From: a virus
Reading direction: 5' to 3' (one strand)
Virus genome (UHGV): UHGV-0144897
Length of the DNA stretch: 10,204 nt
The translations under genes were made by a program, and so were the position numbers. The notes under the pieces are model-generated. The model made no database searches. It was not told where the DNA came from and worked only from the letters and a program-made list of their open reading frames with translations. Below are positions 1 to 5,905 of this stretch, piece by piece (within the stretch, counting starts at the first letter, position 1; every line of letters starts with the position of its first letter).

Positions 1-168
1 GCCATTTACCATGCACGCCACAGGCTCCGCTTCGAGCGATGCCAGCGCGATACGCAGCGCCGCCAGTGTATTGGTTCCATCTTCGCCAAGTCCGAACGGG
101 ATATCATCGCGGATGGCTTCCATGTCGGCAATTTTCTGCTGCAGCCATTGTTTGGTAATAGTGCTCAC
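1..168 (-). CDS. hypothetical protein, N-terminal 56 codons only (gene continues past the window start)
   Basis: Open minus-strand frame running off the window edge (hence absent from ORF track). GTG start at 168..166, AGAGGA at 180..175, directly after the TAA stop (174..172) of the upstream gene. Translation VSTITKQWLQQKIADMEAIRDDIPFGLGEDGTNTLAALRIALASLEAEPVACMVNG. No family recognised. Confidence 0.4.
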   Translation of the reverse strand, partial: MSTITKQWLQQKIADMEAIRDDIPFGLGEDGTNTLAALRIALASLEAEPVACMVNG

Positions 169-171
169 GTG

Positions 172-345
172 TTATCCTCTCAGCGCCATAGTGCGCATTT
201 CCAGCTCAGCAATCCGCCTGTCTTTGGCTTCCAGCTCATCCAGCAGTGCCAGTAAATCGCGAGTTGGTACCATGAAGTTCGGCATGAAGTTATCTTTCGC
301 CTTTTCTGCTGTTAGGCGCAGCTCCTGTTTTTTGATGTTGCTCAT
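172..345 (-). CDS. small hypothetical protein (57 aa), coiled-coil-like C-terminus
   Basis: Part of ORF-track 172..402. Preferred start is ATG 345..343, preceded by GGGGGAGGG (361..353) and overlapping the TGA stop of the upstream winged-helix gene (ATGA coupling). Protein MSNIKKQELRLTAEKAKDNF...DELEAKDRRIAELEMRTMALRG. Confidence 0.5.
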   Translation of the reverse strand: MSNIKKQELRLTAEKAKDNFMPNFMVPTRDLLALLDELEAKDRRIAELEMRTMALRG

Positions 346-686
346 ACCCCTACCCTCCCCCAAACCATCAATACTCGCTTCATAGCCGCGCTGTTGCGGC
401 ACTCCTGGCAGATCACGTTTGCCTCTGTACGCTGCACCAGCTTCGAATTTCCCTTCGGCATGGCCGGTATGGTTTCCGGTGCGTATTTCATGCCGTAACT
501 GGTCAGACGATACAGCCGCTGGCCATGCTTACCTTCGAACTCGATCAGGCCGTCTGCAAACAATGTGCTTAGCGGGCCGGAAATCTTTTTGGTGGTCATG
601 CCGATCATCTTGGCAATATGCCCGCTGTTCAGGCCCGGGTTATTACGCAGGGCTGCAAGAATCTGCCCACGGATTGTTATGGTCAT
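342..686 (-). CDS. winged-helix DNA-binding protein (114 aa), nin-region-like
   Basis: ORF-track 342..686. ATG 686..684 with GGAGGG (698..693) 6 nt upstream. Sequence ILAALRNNPGLNSGHIAKMIGMTTKKISGPLSTLFADGLIE...GQRLYRLT has a typical helix-turn-helix plus wing pattern. C-terminal CQECRNS motif. Confidence 0.65.
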   Translation of the reverse strand: MTITIRGQILAALRNNPGLNSGHIAKMIGMTTKKISGPLSTLFADGLIEFEGKHGQRLYRLTSYGMKYAPETIPAMPKGNSKLVQRTEANVICQECRNSAAMKRVLMVWGRVGV

Positions 687-861
687 TGCCTACCCTCCGG
701 ATACCATATTCACGAACGAATGCGAGCGAGATTACGGCTATTTCCCAACTCGATTTGTAAAGTGCTTTTCGCTTTTCATCGGTATCAACGCGCTCTATCC
801 AGGCTACATCGCCTTTCGAATATTCGTTGATAACGACATAGTCATCGCTGCATGCTTTCAC
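643..861 (-). CDS. hypothetical small protein (72 aa if GTG 861 start), uncertain
   Basis: ORF-track 643..909 begins with a GTG. An in-frame GTG at 861..859 overlaps the DnaC-like TGA stop (GTGA) and has AAGGGGG upstream. The 3' end overlaps the winged-helix gene start by 44 nt, which lowers confidence. Confidence 0.25.
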   Translation of the reverse strand: MKACSDDYVVINEYSKGDVAWIERVDTDEKRKALYKSSWEIAVISLAFVREYGIRRVGNDHNNPWADSCSPA

Positions 862-1730
862 GCTGCCCCCTTGGACCGGTAAGAATCCCAGGTGAATGAC
901 AGCGTGCACCCGCCGCCATCGCTCATGCGGTCAATAACGCGCTCACTCACGAACGCTGCCAGTTCCTCTTTGGTCTGGTTGCTGATCAGAATGGTCGGCT
1001 TCATCCGCTCGTACCGGGTGTTGATGATTTCGAACATGATCAGCTTCTCGGCCTCGCTGCCGAACTGAACGCCGACCTCGTCGATGATCAGCAGGTCAGG
1101 AGTGGTGAAGTGCGAAATCACGTCGTTCTCGCAGCGCGTCGCTGTTTTCGACCACGTTGATTTGAACTCACGGGCAATTTTCAGCGCGGTGGTGAAAATT
1201 ACCGGGCTCTGGTGGTTCTCGATGACATAGCGGGCAATCGCCAGGGCGAGATGGTTTTTACCGGTTCCAGGCTTTCCGCACATCACCAGCCCGCCACCCT
1301 GCTTCAGGCGCTCTGGCCACTTCGCGGCATACGCCTGGCAAACCCGCAGTGCGCGTTCTGACTCTTTGCCTACCGGCTGGTAGTTTTCCAGCGTGCACGT
1401 CACAAAGCGCTCGGGTATTTCGAGCTGGCGCAGCAGGCGATCGATGTTCTGCTGGCGCGTGCGGTCTTCCCAGCGTTTTTTCTCGGCATACAGGAAGGTC
1501 AACTCATCGCGCAGGCAGCACGGGCAGCGAGTCGGCGGTGATGGCAACTTGATCAGACTGCTGGTAAGAACGCGTTTACGCTGTTCGTACTCGCCATGTT
1601 TCTCGCACAGCACCGTTTCGCAGACGGTCTCGCAGTTAGGGAGTTGCTCTGGCGGCCTACCGAGAACCTCCAGCATTTTTTCGATAGCGTCGATTTTTTC
1701 GAGCAGTTCCATACTCAGTCCCTCGCCCAT
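858..1730 (-). CDS. DnaC-like replicative helicase loader (IstB-like AAA+ ATPase); lambda P functional equivalent
   Basis: ORF-track 290 aa. Walker A GKPGTGKNHLALAIA, Walker B-like LLIIDEVG, N-terminal Cys cluster (CETVCETVLCEKHG...CPCC). Alternative start ATG 1712..1710 with GAGGGA RBS (1724..1719), 2 nt after the O-like TGA stop (1717..1715). Sits directly downstream of the O-like initiator. Confidence 0.9.
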   Translation of the reverse strand: MGEGLSMELLEKIDAIEKMLEVLGRPPEQLPNCETVCETVLCEKHGEYEQRKRVLTSSLIKLPSPPTRCPCCLRDELTFLYAEKKRWEDRTRQQNIDRLLRQLEIPERFVTCTLENYQPVGKESERALRVCQAYAAKWPERLKQGGGLVMCGKPGTGKNHLALAIARYVIENHQSPVIFTTALKIAREFKSTWSKTATRCENDVISHFTTPDLLIIDEVGVQFGSEAEKLIMFEIINTRYERMKPTILISNQTKEELAAFVSERVIDRMSDGGGCTLSFTWDSYRSKGAA

Positions 1731-2584
1731 GATGGGATTTCAGTCTGGCCGTAGTCTTTGCCAGCGAAGTTCTCAGATACGCGAGATGGAGTGCGGGAAG
1801 GCTGCTTAGCGCCTTTCGGCTCAAACAAACCCTGCCAGCCGTTAGCAATGCTCTGGTTAATGATTTCTTCAGGCTGATATCCGCTGCACTTGCAACGCTC
1901 GAGCAGGTTGATGGCCTGGGTAACCGTCTGCTGGGACTTGATCGGTTTCTTCAGGTCGCGACGATAATCGACCCATGACTTCCAGACTGAAACTGACAGC
2001 CATTCAGGAAGCTCAACACCGGCCGGATCGAACGAAGCCGGTTTGGGGGATTTAGGGGGTTTATTAATATTGTCTTTATTGTCTTTTGTAATAGTGTCTT
2101 TTGTGTGTCCCCATTTTGGTGACATGGTTGTCACTGTTTTGGTGACACTTTTTGTCACTACGGTAGGGACATTGTCACTACTATGGTGACAGTCACTATT
2201 GTGGTGACATTTTGGCGCAGGCTTAGTGCCCGGAATTACCCACTCACTCAGGTTTTTGTTGGGCCCGATCAGCATGCCGTCGGACACCAAAACATTCATC
2301 GCAATGAGTTCGTTTTTGGCAGTGTTAACCTTCTGGCGAGGTAATCTGGTCAGCTCCGAAAGTTGTGAGTCTGCTATGCGGTCCATCTTCTTGTTGAACC
2401 CATAGGTTTTGCGGCAAACAGCATGAGCTACTTTGGCCTGATTTTTGGTCAGGTTCGCGCCGATAAGCTCCTCATACAACTCGTTTGCCAGACGGGTGTA
2501 CCCATCGTCTGTATCGGCCACGCGTTGCTCCTGTATTCCCGAAACTACAGCGGGAAAGTTGAGAATTTCTGCGGTGTTTGACAT
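1715..2584 (-). CDS. replication initiator, lambda O-like (N-terminal phage rep_O-type DNA-binding domain)
   Basis: ORF-track 1715..2611 begins with GTG at 2611. Preferred start is ATG 2584..2582 with GGGAG RBS. N-terminus MSNTAEILNFPAVVSGIQEQRVADTDDGYTRLANELYEEL...KNQAKVAHAVCRKTYGFNKK resembles the lambda O N-terminal domain. Iterons lie inside the coding sequence (residues ...VTKSVTKTVTTMSPKWGHTKDTITKD). Confidence 0.85.
   Translation of the reverse strand: MSNTAEILNFPAVVSGIQEQRVADTDDGYTRLANELYEELIGANLTKNQAKVAHAVCRKTYGFNKKMDRIADSQLSELTRLPRQKVNTAKNELIAMNVLVSDGMLIGPNKNLSEWVIPGTKPAPKCHHNSDCHHSSDNVPTVVTKSVTKTVTTMSPKWGHTKDTITKDNKDNINKPPKSPKPASFDPAGVELPEWLSVSVWKSWVDYRRDLKKPIKSQQTVTQAINLLERCKCSGYQPEEIINQSIANGWQGLFEPKGAKQPSRTPSRVSENFAGKDYGQTEIPSWARD
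2055..2210. repeat. lambdoid replication origin: iterons (GGTGACA / TGTCAC dyads) plus AT-rich tract with TGTCTTT repeats
   Basis: GGTGACA at 2118, 2141, 2185, 2203; TGTCAC at 2129, 2153, 2173 (AGTCAC at 2191), forming dyads such as TGGTGACATGGTTGTCACT. AT-rich stretch 2061..2105 carries TGTCTTT three times. Both lie inside the O-like gene, as in ori-lambda. Confidence 0.7.
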
Positions 2585-2624
2585 ACTTACTCCCGTTACT
2601 TGGCGTAACACAGTGTTTTGAAGG

Positions 2625-2659
2625 CCTTTGAAGTGACCGCTTCAAGGGCTTTTTCTTTT
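2625..2659 (+). terminator. intrinsic-terminator-like hairpin on the plus strand (antisense to the early-right operon); oop-like RNA 3' end candidate
   Basis: Stem CCTTTGAAG (2625..2633) / CTTCAAGGG (2640..2648), 9 bp with one T-G wobble, 6-nt loop, followed by CTTTTTCTTTTC. Sits between the cII-slot gene stop (2672..2670) and the O-like start. Confidence 0.4.
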
Positions 2660-2669
2660 CTGGTGCCTC

Positions 2670-3212
2670 TCACATAACCCCCAGCATCGATGTAACCATT
2701 GTCATCAGCGGCCCCACCTGCTCCGGCATGAGGCGGAACAGCGACGCTATACCCTCGCTTACCTCTTTCAGCTTCTGATGCTCCGGAGCGTCCAGCAGCA
2801 CGGCCTGCTTTGCTTCGGCACACTCTTTCATCGCAGAGGCGATCAGCGACATCGTGTCGTTCTGCGGTGCCAGGCGGTTGCGAAATTCCAGTGGAAGTAC
2901 CGCCATGATTGCGGGCGTCAGCTGGCGCACATTCTCGCGGTACTGCTCTGAGTCGAAGCGGTTATCTAGGAAGCGAAAAAGTTTCTGGCGCGCCCTGCTG
3001 ATGTCTTCCGGGAAGCTGATGGCGGTCCCGCCCTGCTCCCGGTATTCGTTGATGATCAGCGCCGAAACGACGTCCTGATTGTCCAGCGCCGATGACCATG
3101 CACGGACCGCATCGCGGATCTTTTCGTGGCCTGGCGCCGCTTTAGGTTGAGCGCGGTTTATCATTGCTCCCGGGTGTATTCCGGTATTGTGTTGATACGC
3201 AAGTGAATGCAT
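2670..3212 (-). CDS. cII-slot regulatory protein (180 aa), family uncertain (possibly the larger CII-like/YdaT-like type)
   Basis: ORF-track 2670..3212. ATG 3212..3210 with AAGGGA RBS, 30 nt downstream of the Cro-like stop. The position between cro-like and O-like genes matches lambda cII, but the protein is about twice as long and not recognisably lambda CII. Confidence 0.6.
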   Translation of the reverse strand: MHSLAYQHNTGIHPGAMINRAQPKAAPGHEKIRDAVRAWSSALDNQDVVSALIINEYREQGGTAISFPEDISRARQKLFRFLDNRFDSEQYRENVRQLTPAIMAVLPLEFRNRLAPQNDTMSLIASAMKECAEAKQAVLLDAPEHQKLKEVSEGIASLFRLMPEQVGPLMTMVTSMLGVM

Positions 3213-3241
3213 TGCTTTCCCTTTCGTGGTTAGGGCCGCCG

Positions 3242-3469
3242 TTAAGCGGCTTTTGGTTTACTGATTTCAAGAATCTGGTTTTCGGTAAACTGACCACCAG
3301 ATGCAGCTGCGATTTTGGACGCATAGCCTGTTTCGCCTGTGTAGTCGGTGCGCGGTAGGCAACCGCTATTAATCCACTTGTAAATAGCGCGGGGAGTGCG
3401 CCCGCAAGCCTTCGCCACCACCGGTACACGGATTTGTTTGATGATGTCGCCAAGGTTTTTAGGTTGCAT
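3242..3469 (-). CDS. Cro-like / YdaS-like HTH DNA-binding protein (75 aa)
   Basis: ORF-track 3242..3469. ATG 3469..3467 with GAGGG RBS. HTH-like VVAKACGRTPRAIYKWINSG. Divergent from the cI-like repressor across an operator-rich region. Confidence 0.75.
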   Translation of the reverse strand: MQPKNLGDIIKQIRVPVVAKACGRTPRAIYKWINSGCLPRTDYTGETGYASKIAAASGGQFTENQILEISKPKAA

Positions 3470-3485
3470 TTGTTAACCCTCAAAA

Positions 3486-3559
3486 TTGAACTGTAAGTAC
3501 ATATTATGTCGGAACTGATAGTTCACGCAAGTGATATTATGATTGAACCTATGGTTCAA
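3486..3559. promoter_or_regulatory. OR-like control region: three TGAAC/GTTCA-type operator dyads with divergent PR-like and PRM-like promoters
   Basis: Site A TTGAACTGTAAGTACAT (3486..3502); site B GAACT-GAT-AGTTC (3512..3524); site C TTGAACC-TAT-GGTTCAA (3543..3559). Minus-strand promoter: -35 TTGCGT (3530..3525), 16-bp spacer containing site B, -10 CATAAT (3508..3503). Plus-strand candidate: -35 CTGATA (3515..3520), -10 TATGAT (3538..3543). Site A recurs near-identically in the pL-like region. Confidence 0.45.
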
Positions 3560-4261
3560 GAAGAAAAAGCGCGTACAGAGTTTTCCCAACGGCTAGCGCT
3601 GGCCTGTGATAAAGCTGGTTTACCTGCTCATGGTCGTCAGGCTGAAATTGCAAAGCGAATGAAGCTAACACCAAAAGCAGTAAGCAAGTGGTTCAATGGG
3701 GAGGCTATTCCAAGACGTGGCAAGCTGCAGGAACTGGCGGCTATAATTGGCACATCCTCGTCTTACCTATTAGGCGATAGTGCAGCAGATGGCATATCTG
3801 AAGGGCATATGGCAATGAGGGACGATTCTTTCCGTGTAGACGTTTTTGATATTCAAGCTAGCGCTGGGCAAGGAATTCTTGTGCGAGATGAGTTCATTGA
3901 AACAATCAGATCCATAGAGTATTCAACCGAAGAGGCTCGCGCCGTATTTGGTGGGCGCCCAGCTGACCACATAAAAATGATTGCCGTGAATGGCGATTCT
4001 ATGTCTGGCACGTTCGAGCCGAGAGACCAGATCTTCGTCGACGTGAGCATCGACTGCTTTGACGGTGACGGCATATACATTTTCGTTCTGGACAATGATC
4101 TCTACATAAAGCGCCTTCAAAAGCAGCACAAAAAATTAGCTGTGATTTCAGACAACAAAAAATATGAGACCTGGTATATCGAGGATGGTGATTTTTCATC
4201 TCTTCGGATCTGCGCGAAGGTCTTGGTAAGCCAATCTAGAGCATATAGATTTCATAGCTGA
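3506..4261 (+). CDS. cI-like prophage repressor (N-terminal HTH, C-terminal S24/LexA-type autopeptidase)
   Basis: ORF-track 251 aa. HTH GRQAEIAKRMKLTPKAVSKWFNGEAIP resembles the lambda cI recognition region. S24 motifs AVNGDSMSG (Ser) and LYIKRL (Lys). No SD before any candidate ATG (3506, 3539, 3551); start may be leaderless at 3551, inside dyad C. Confidence 0.9.
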   Translation: MSELIVHASDIMIEPMVQEEKARTEFSQRLALACDKAGLPAHGRQAEIAKRMKLTPKAVSKWFNGEAIPRRGKLQELAAIIGTSSSYLLGDSAADGISEGHMAMRDDSFRVDVFDIQASAGQGILVRDEFIETIRSIEYSTEEARAVFGGRPADHIKMIAVNGDSMSGTFEPRDQIFVDVSIDCFDGDGIYIFVLDNDLYIKRLQKQHKKLAVISDNKKYETWYIEDGDFSSLRICAKVLVSQSRAYRFHS

Positions 4262-4272
4262 GGAAGTTAAGC

Positions 4273-4860
4273 ATGGAAGCAATTAAGGTTACAGATCTTA
4301 GTGATGGAAGCGGTTTGTACGAGCTTGGCGACCACTTCATCACCTGCAAATTAAGCCACGATAAACGTTGGCAACTAGGTGCTTTCAAACGTGATGAAAG
4401 CAAGCTCAGAGATGACACACTGGCGGTTTTGAAGAATGAAAAATTCATGTTTATGGTTAAGCTCGGCGGACAGCTTTCTCCCAAGCCTCAATGCATAGCT
4501 GTTAACGGGCGATTTTTATTTTCTGTCCATACCGGCAAAGACAACAACATGGCTGCAGCCATAGTCATGGATAACACCGGGAAAGAGTTATTCAAGATAG
4601 AAACTTCCACTCACCTCATCAGTTCGGCCATATCTGAATTTGGGCGCTACATCGCCCTATCGTTTGCCGGTAGCAAAAACAAAGATGATTTTTACGCGCA
4701 CCGGCTTGAGGTCATAAACATTGATACCGGAGAGGTGTTGATGTCCGTTATCAAAACAGACTTCCTTCGATACGCTGAGCTTTCAGTTGTTGAGCCAGAC
4801 GGCGGACTTTTCGCAACTTTTAATGGTCGCACAAGGCTTGTTGATGTGACGAACCTCTAA
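4273..4860 (+). CDS. hypothetical protein (195 aa) translationally linked to the repressor; rexAB-slot moron, candidate exclusion/defence gene
   Basis: ORF-track 4273..4860. GAGGAAG RBS 6 nt upstream of the ATG; starts 12 nt after the cI-like TGA. No Walker, HTH or TM segment recognised. First 60 nt are about 45% GC. Confidence 0.8.
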   Translation: MEAIKVTDLSDGSGLYELGDHFITCKLSHDKRWQLGAFKRDESKLRDDTLAVLKNEKFMFMVKLGGQLSPKPQCIAVNGRFLFSVHTGKDNNMAAAIVMDNTGKELFKIETSTHLISSAISEFGRYIALSFAGSKNKDDFYAHRLEVINIDTGEVLMSVIKTDFLRYAELSVVEPDGGLFATFNGRTRLVDVTNL

Positions 4861-4923
4861 TAAATCAAACCAGCCCCAACCCACCTCGCCCAATCAATAA
4901 AAAATTCAAAAATATTTCTCCTT

Positions 4924-5012
4924 AAAGTTCATAAAGTTAATCGTATATGAACTTTCCATTCACAAACAATGTACTTTTGGTACTTTACATGAATGAACTA
5001 TTGGTACATTAT
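4924..5012 (+). promoter_or_regulatory. pL/OL-like region: operator-like dyads and candidate leftward early promoter
   Basis: Inverted repeat AAAGTTCATA (4924..4933) / TATGAACTTT (4946..4955). TGAACT-N4-GTACAT at 4994..5009 matches OR site A (3487..3502). Candidate -35 TTTACA (4984..4989) and -10 CATTAT (5007..5012), 17-bp spacer. GTAC-containing repeats TTGGTAC at 4977 and 5001. Confidence 0.35.
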
Positions 5013-5230
5013 CAATCCATCGAAACGAAACATCGACAGCTGAGCGAAGTTAGCCAGCGGCGGAGTGGAGTTAGATGACCGCTTAGAGCCGCCACTTGAA
5101 TTTCAGCAGGTGACGGGGAGCGCGAAGGGTGAAGCGGACGTGAGAGCGTTGGCGTGACCAGCTGGAACTAAAGGTTTACCAGCAGCTCTTTGCGAGGGGC
5201 TGACGGTAAACAAACAGAGAGGTGGAAATC

Positions 5231-5419
5231 ATGCTTGGGTGTGAAAAGTGCGACCACGGATTCGTGTTCACCAGATGCTGTTCTGGTCTTGCTGAAATGT
5301 GTGGATGCGGCGGAATGCCGGTTCAGGCCACTAATTGCAAGAACTGCAATCCAGAGAATAAAGAGCCGGATGACGCGGAGACAGAATCGCTTCTCCAGTA
5401 TGTCGAATGGGTCGATTGA
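5231..5419 (+). CDS. small Cys-rich protein (62 aa), putative zinc-binding; first gene of early-left operon
   Basis: Part of ORF-track 5222..5419 (GTG start). ATG 5231 has AGAGAGG 8 nt upstream. MLGCEKCDHGFVFTRCCSGLAEMCGCGGMPVQATNCKNCNPENKEPDDAETESLLQYVEWVD has 9 Cys in CxxC/CC/CxC arrangements and an acidic C-terminus. Confidence 0.6.
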   Translation: MLGCEKCDHGFVFTRCCSGLAEMCGCGGMPVQATNCKNCNPENKEPDDAETESLLQYVEWVD

Positions 5420-5431
5420 TCAGCATTTCTC

Positions 5432-5448
5432 CCGCATCAGCGGGTAAC
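5432..5448 (+). repeat. 17-nt intergenic hairpin element CCGCATCAGCGGGTAAC, copy 1
   Basis: Stem CCCGC (5431..5435) / GCGGG (5440..5444), loop ATCA. Ends exactly 16 nt before the ATG at 5465. Identical 17-mer at 5654..5670. Confidence 0.6.
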
Positions 5449-5464
5449 TAAGTGGAGAGTACGT

Positions 5465-5653
5465 ATGCACAAGTGTCAATTCTGTGGGTACTTTCTGGCA
5501 TCTGAAGAGATGCAGAGAATATCTGTAAACATGGTTGGCAGGCCTTACAACATCTGCATTCCATGCTCAGAAAAGTACAAAAAGAAAGGCCTGTGGGATT
5601 CGGCAAAAAACGATATCGACTGGAAAGCACTTCCATGCGTCGATGAGACATAA
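5465..5653 (+). CDS. small zinc-ribbon-like protein (62 aa)
   Basis: ORF-track 5465..5653. GGAGAG RBS. CQFCG...CIPC (two CxxC pairs) plus one further Cys. Confidence 0.6.
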   Translation: MHKCQFCGYFLASEEMQRISVNMVGRPYNICIPCSEKYKKKGLWDSAKNDIDWKALPCVDET

Positions 5654-5670
5654 CCGCATCAGCGGGTAAC
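5654..5670 (+). repeat. 17-nt intergenic hairpin element CCGCATCAGCGGGTAAC, copy 2
   Basis: Begins right after the TAA stop (5651..5653). Ends exactly 16 nt before the ATG at 5687. Identical to copy 1 at 5432..5448. Confidence 0.6.
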
Positions 5671-5686
5671 GACAGAGGAAAATTTC

Positions 5687-5905
5687 ATGTCTTACATCAC
5701 CGAAAACATCCACCTACTTTCAAACTTCAACGCTGATCCGGCAACTATCGCGAATATGAAATCGCTGGTATTGCCCTGGGCAAAGAAGCGCTTGAGTGAG
5801 TATCAAGAGCTATACGCATTGTGCCCTGAAGCGATATTCAGCGACGAAGTTGAAACGCTAAAAGCTGGCATCGCAGTTTGCGAACAAAGATTACAAGCCG
5901 CCTAA
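5687..5905 (+). CDS. hypothetical protein (72 aa)
   Basis: ORF-track 5687..5905. AGAGGAA RBS. The stop codon lies in the loop of the downstream terminator hairpin. Confidence 0.6.
   Translation: MSYITENIHLLSNFNADPATIANMKSLVLPWAKKRLSEYQELYALCPEAIFSDEVETLKAGIAVCEQRLQAA

Noticed and set aside
11-385. Plus-strand 124-aa Ser-rich ORF
   Set aside because: Low-complexity translation, no RBS, and antisense to minus-strand genes that have strong RBSs and start/stop coupling.
858-1730. IS21-type IstB transposition helper (mobile element) reading of the DnaC-like ATPase
   Set aside because: No IstA transposase and no terminal inverted repeats. The gene is coupled to an O-like initiator with origin iterons, so a replication helicase loader fits better.
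2115-2210. Short direct repeats as a possible CRISPR array
   Set aside because: The repeats are 6-7 bp with irregular spacing, lie inside a coding sequence, and form dyads typical of origin iterons.
3142-3483. Minus-strand 113-aa ORF overlapping the Cro-like and cII-slot genes
   Set aside because: Alternate frame spanning two better-supported genes (HTH motif, RBSs); no independent support.
5190-5447. Plus-strand 85-aa ORF overlapping the first Cys-rich gene
   Set aside because: Competes with the frame that has an AGAGAGG RBS and a coherent Cys pattern. It begins at a TTG with no RBS.
5431-5670. The two 17-nt hairpins as lambda-type nut boxB sites
   Set aside because: Loop is 4 nt (ATCA) rather than a 5-nt purine-rich loop, no adjacent boxA, and two copies sit at start-codon-linked positions.
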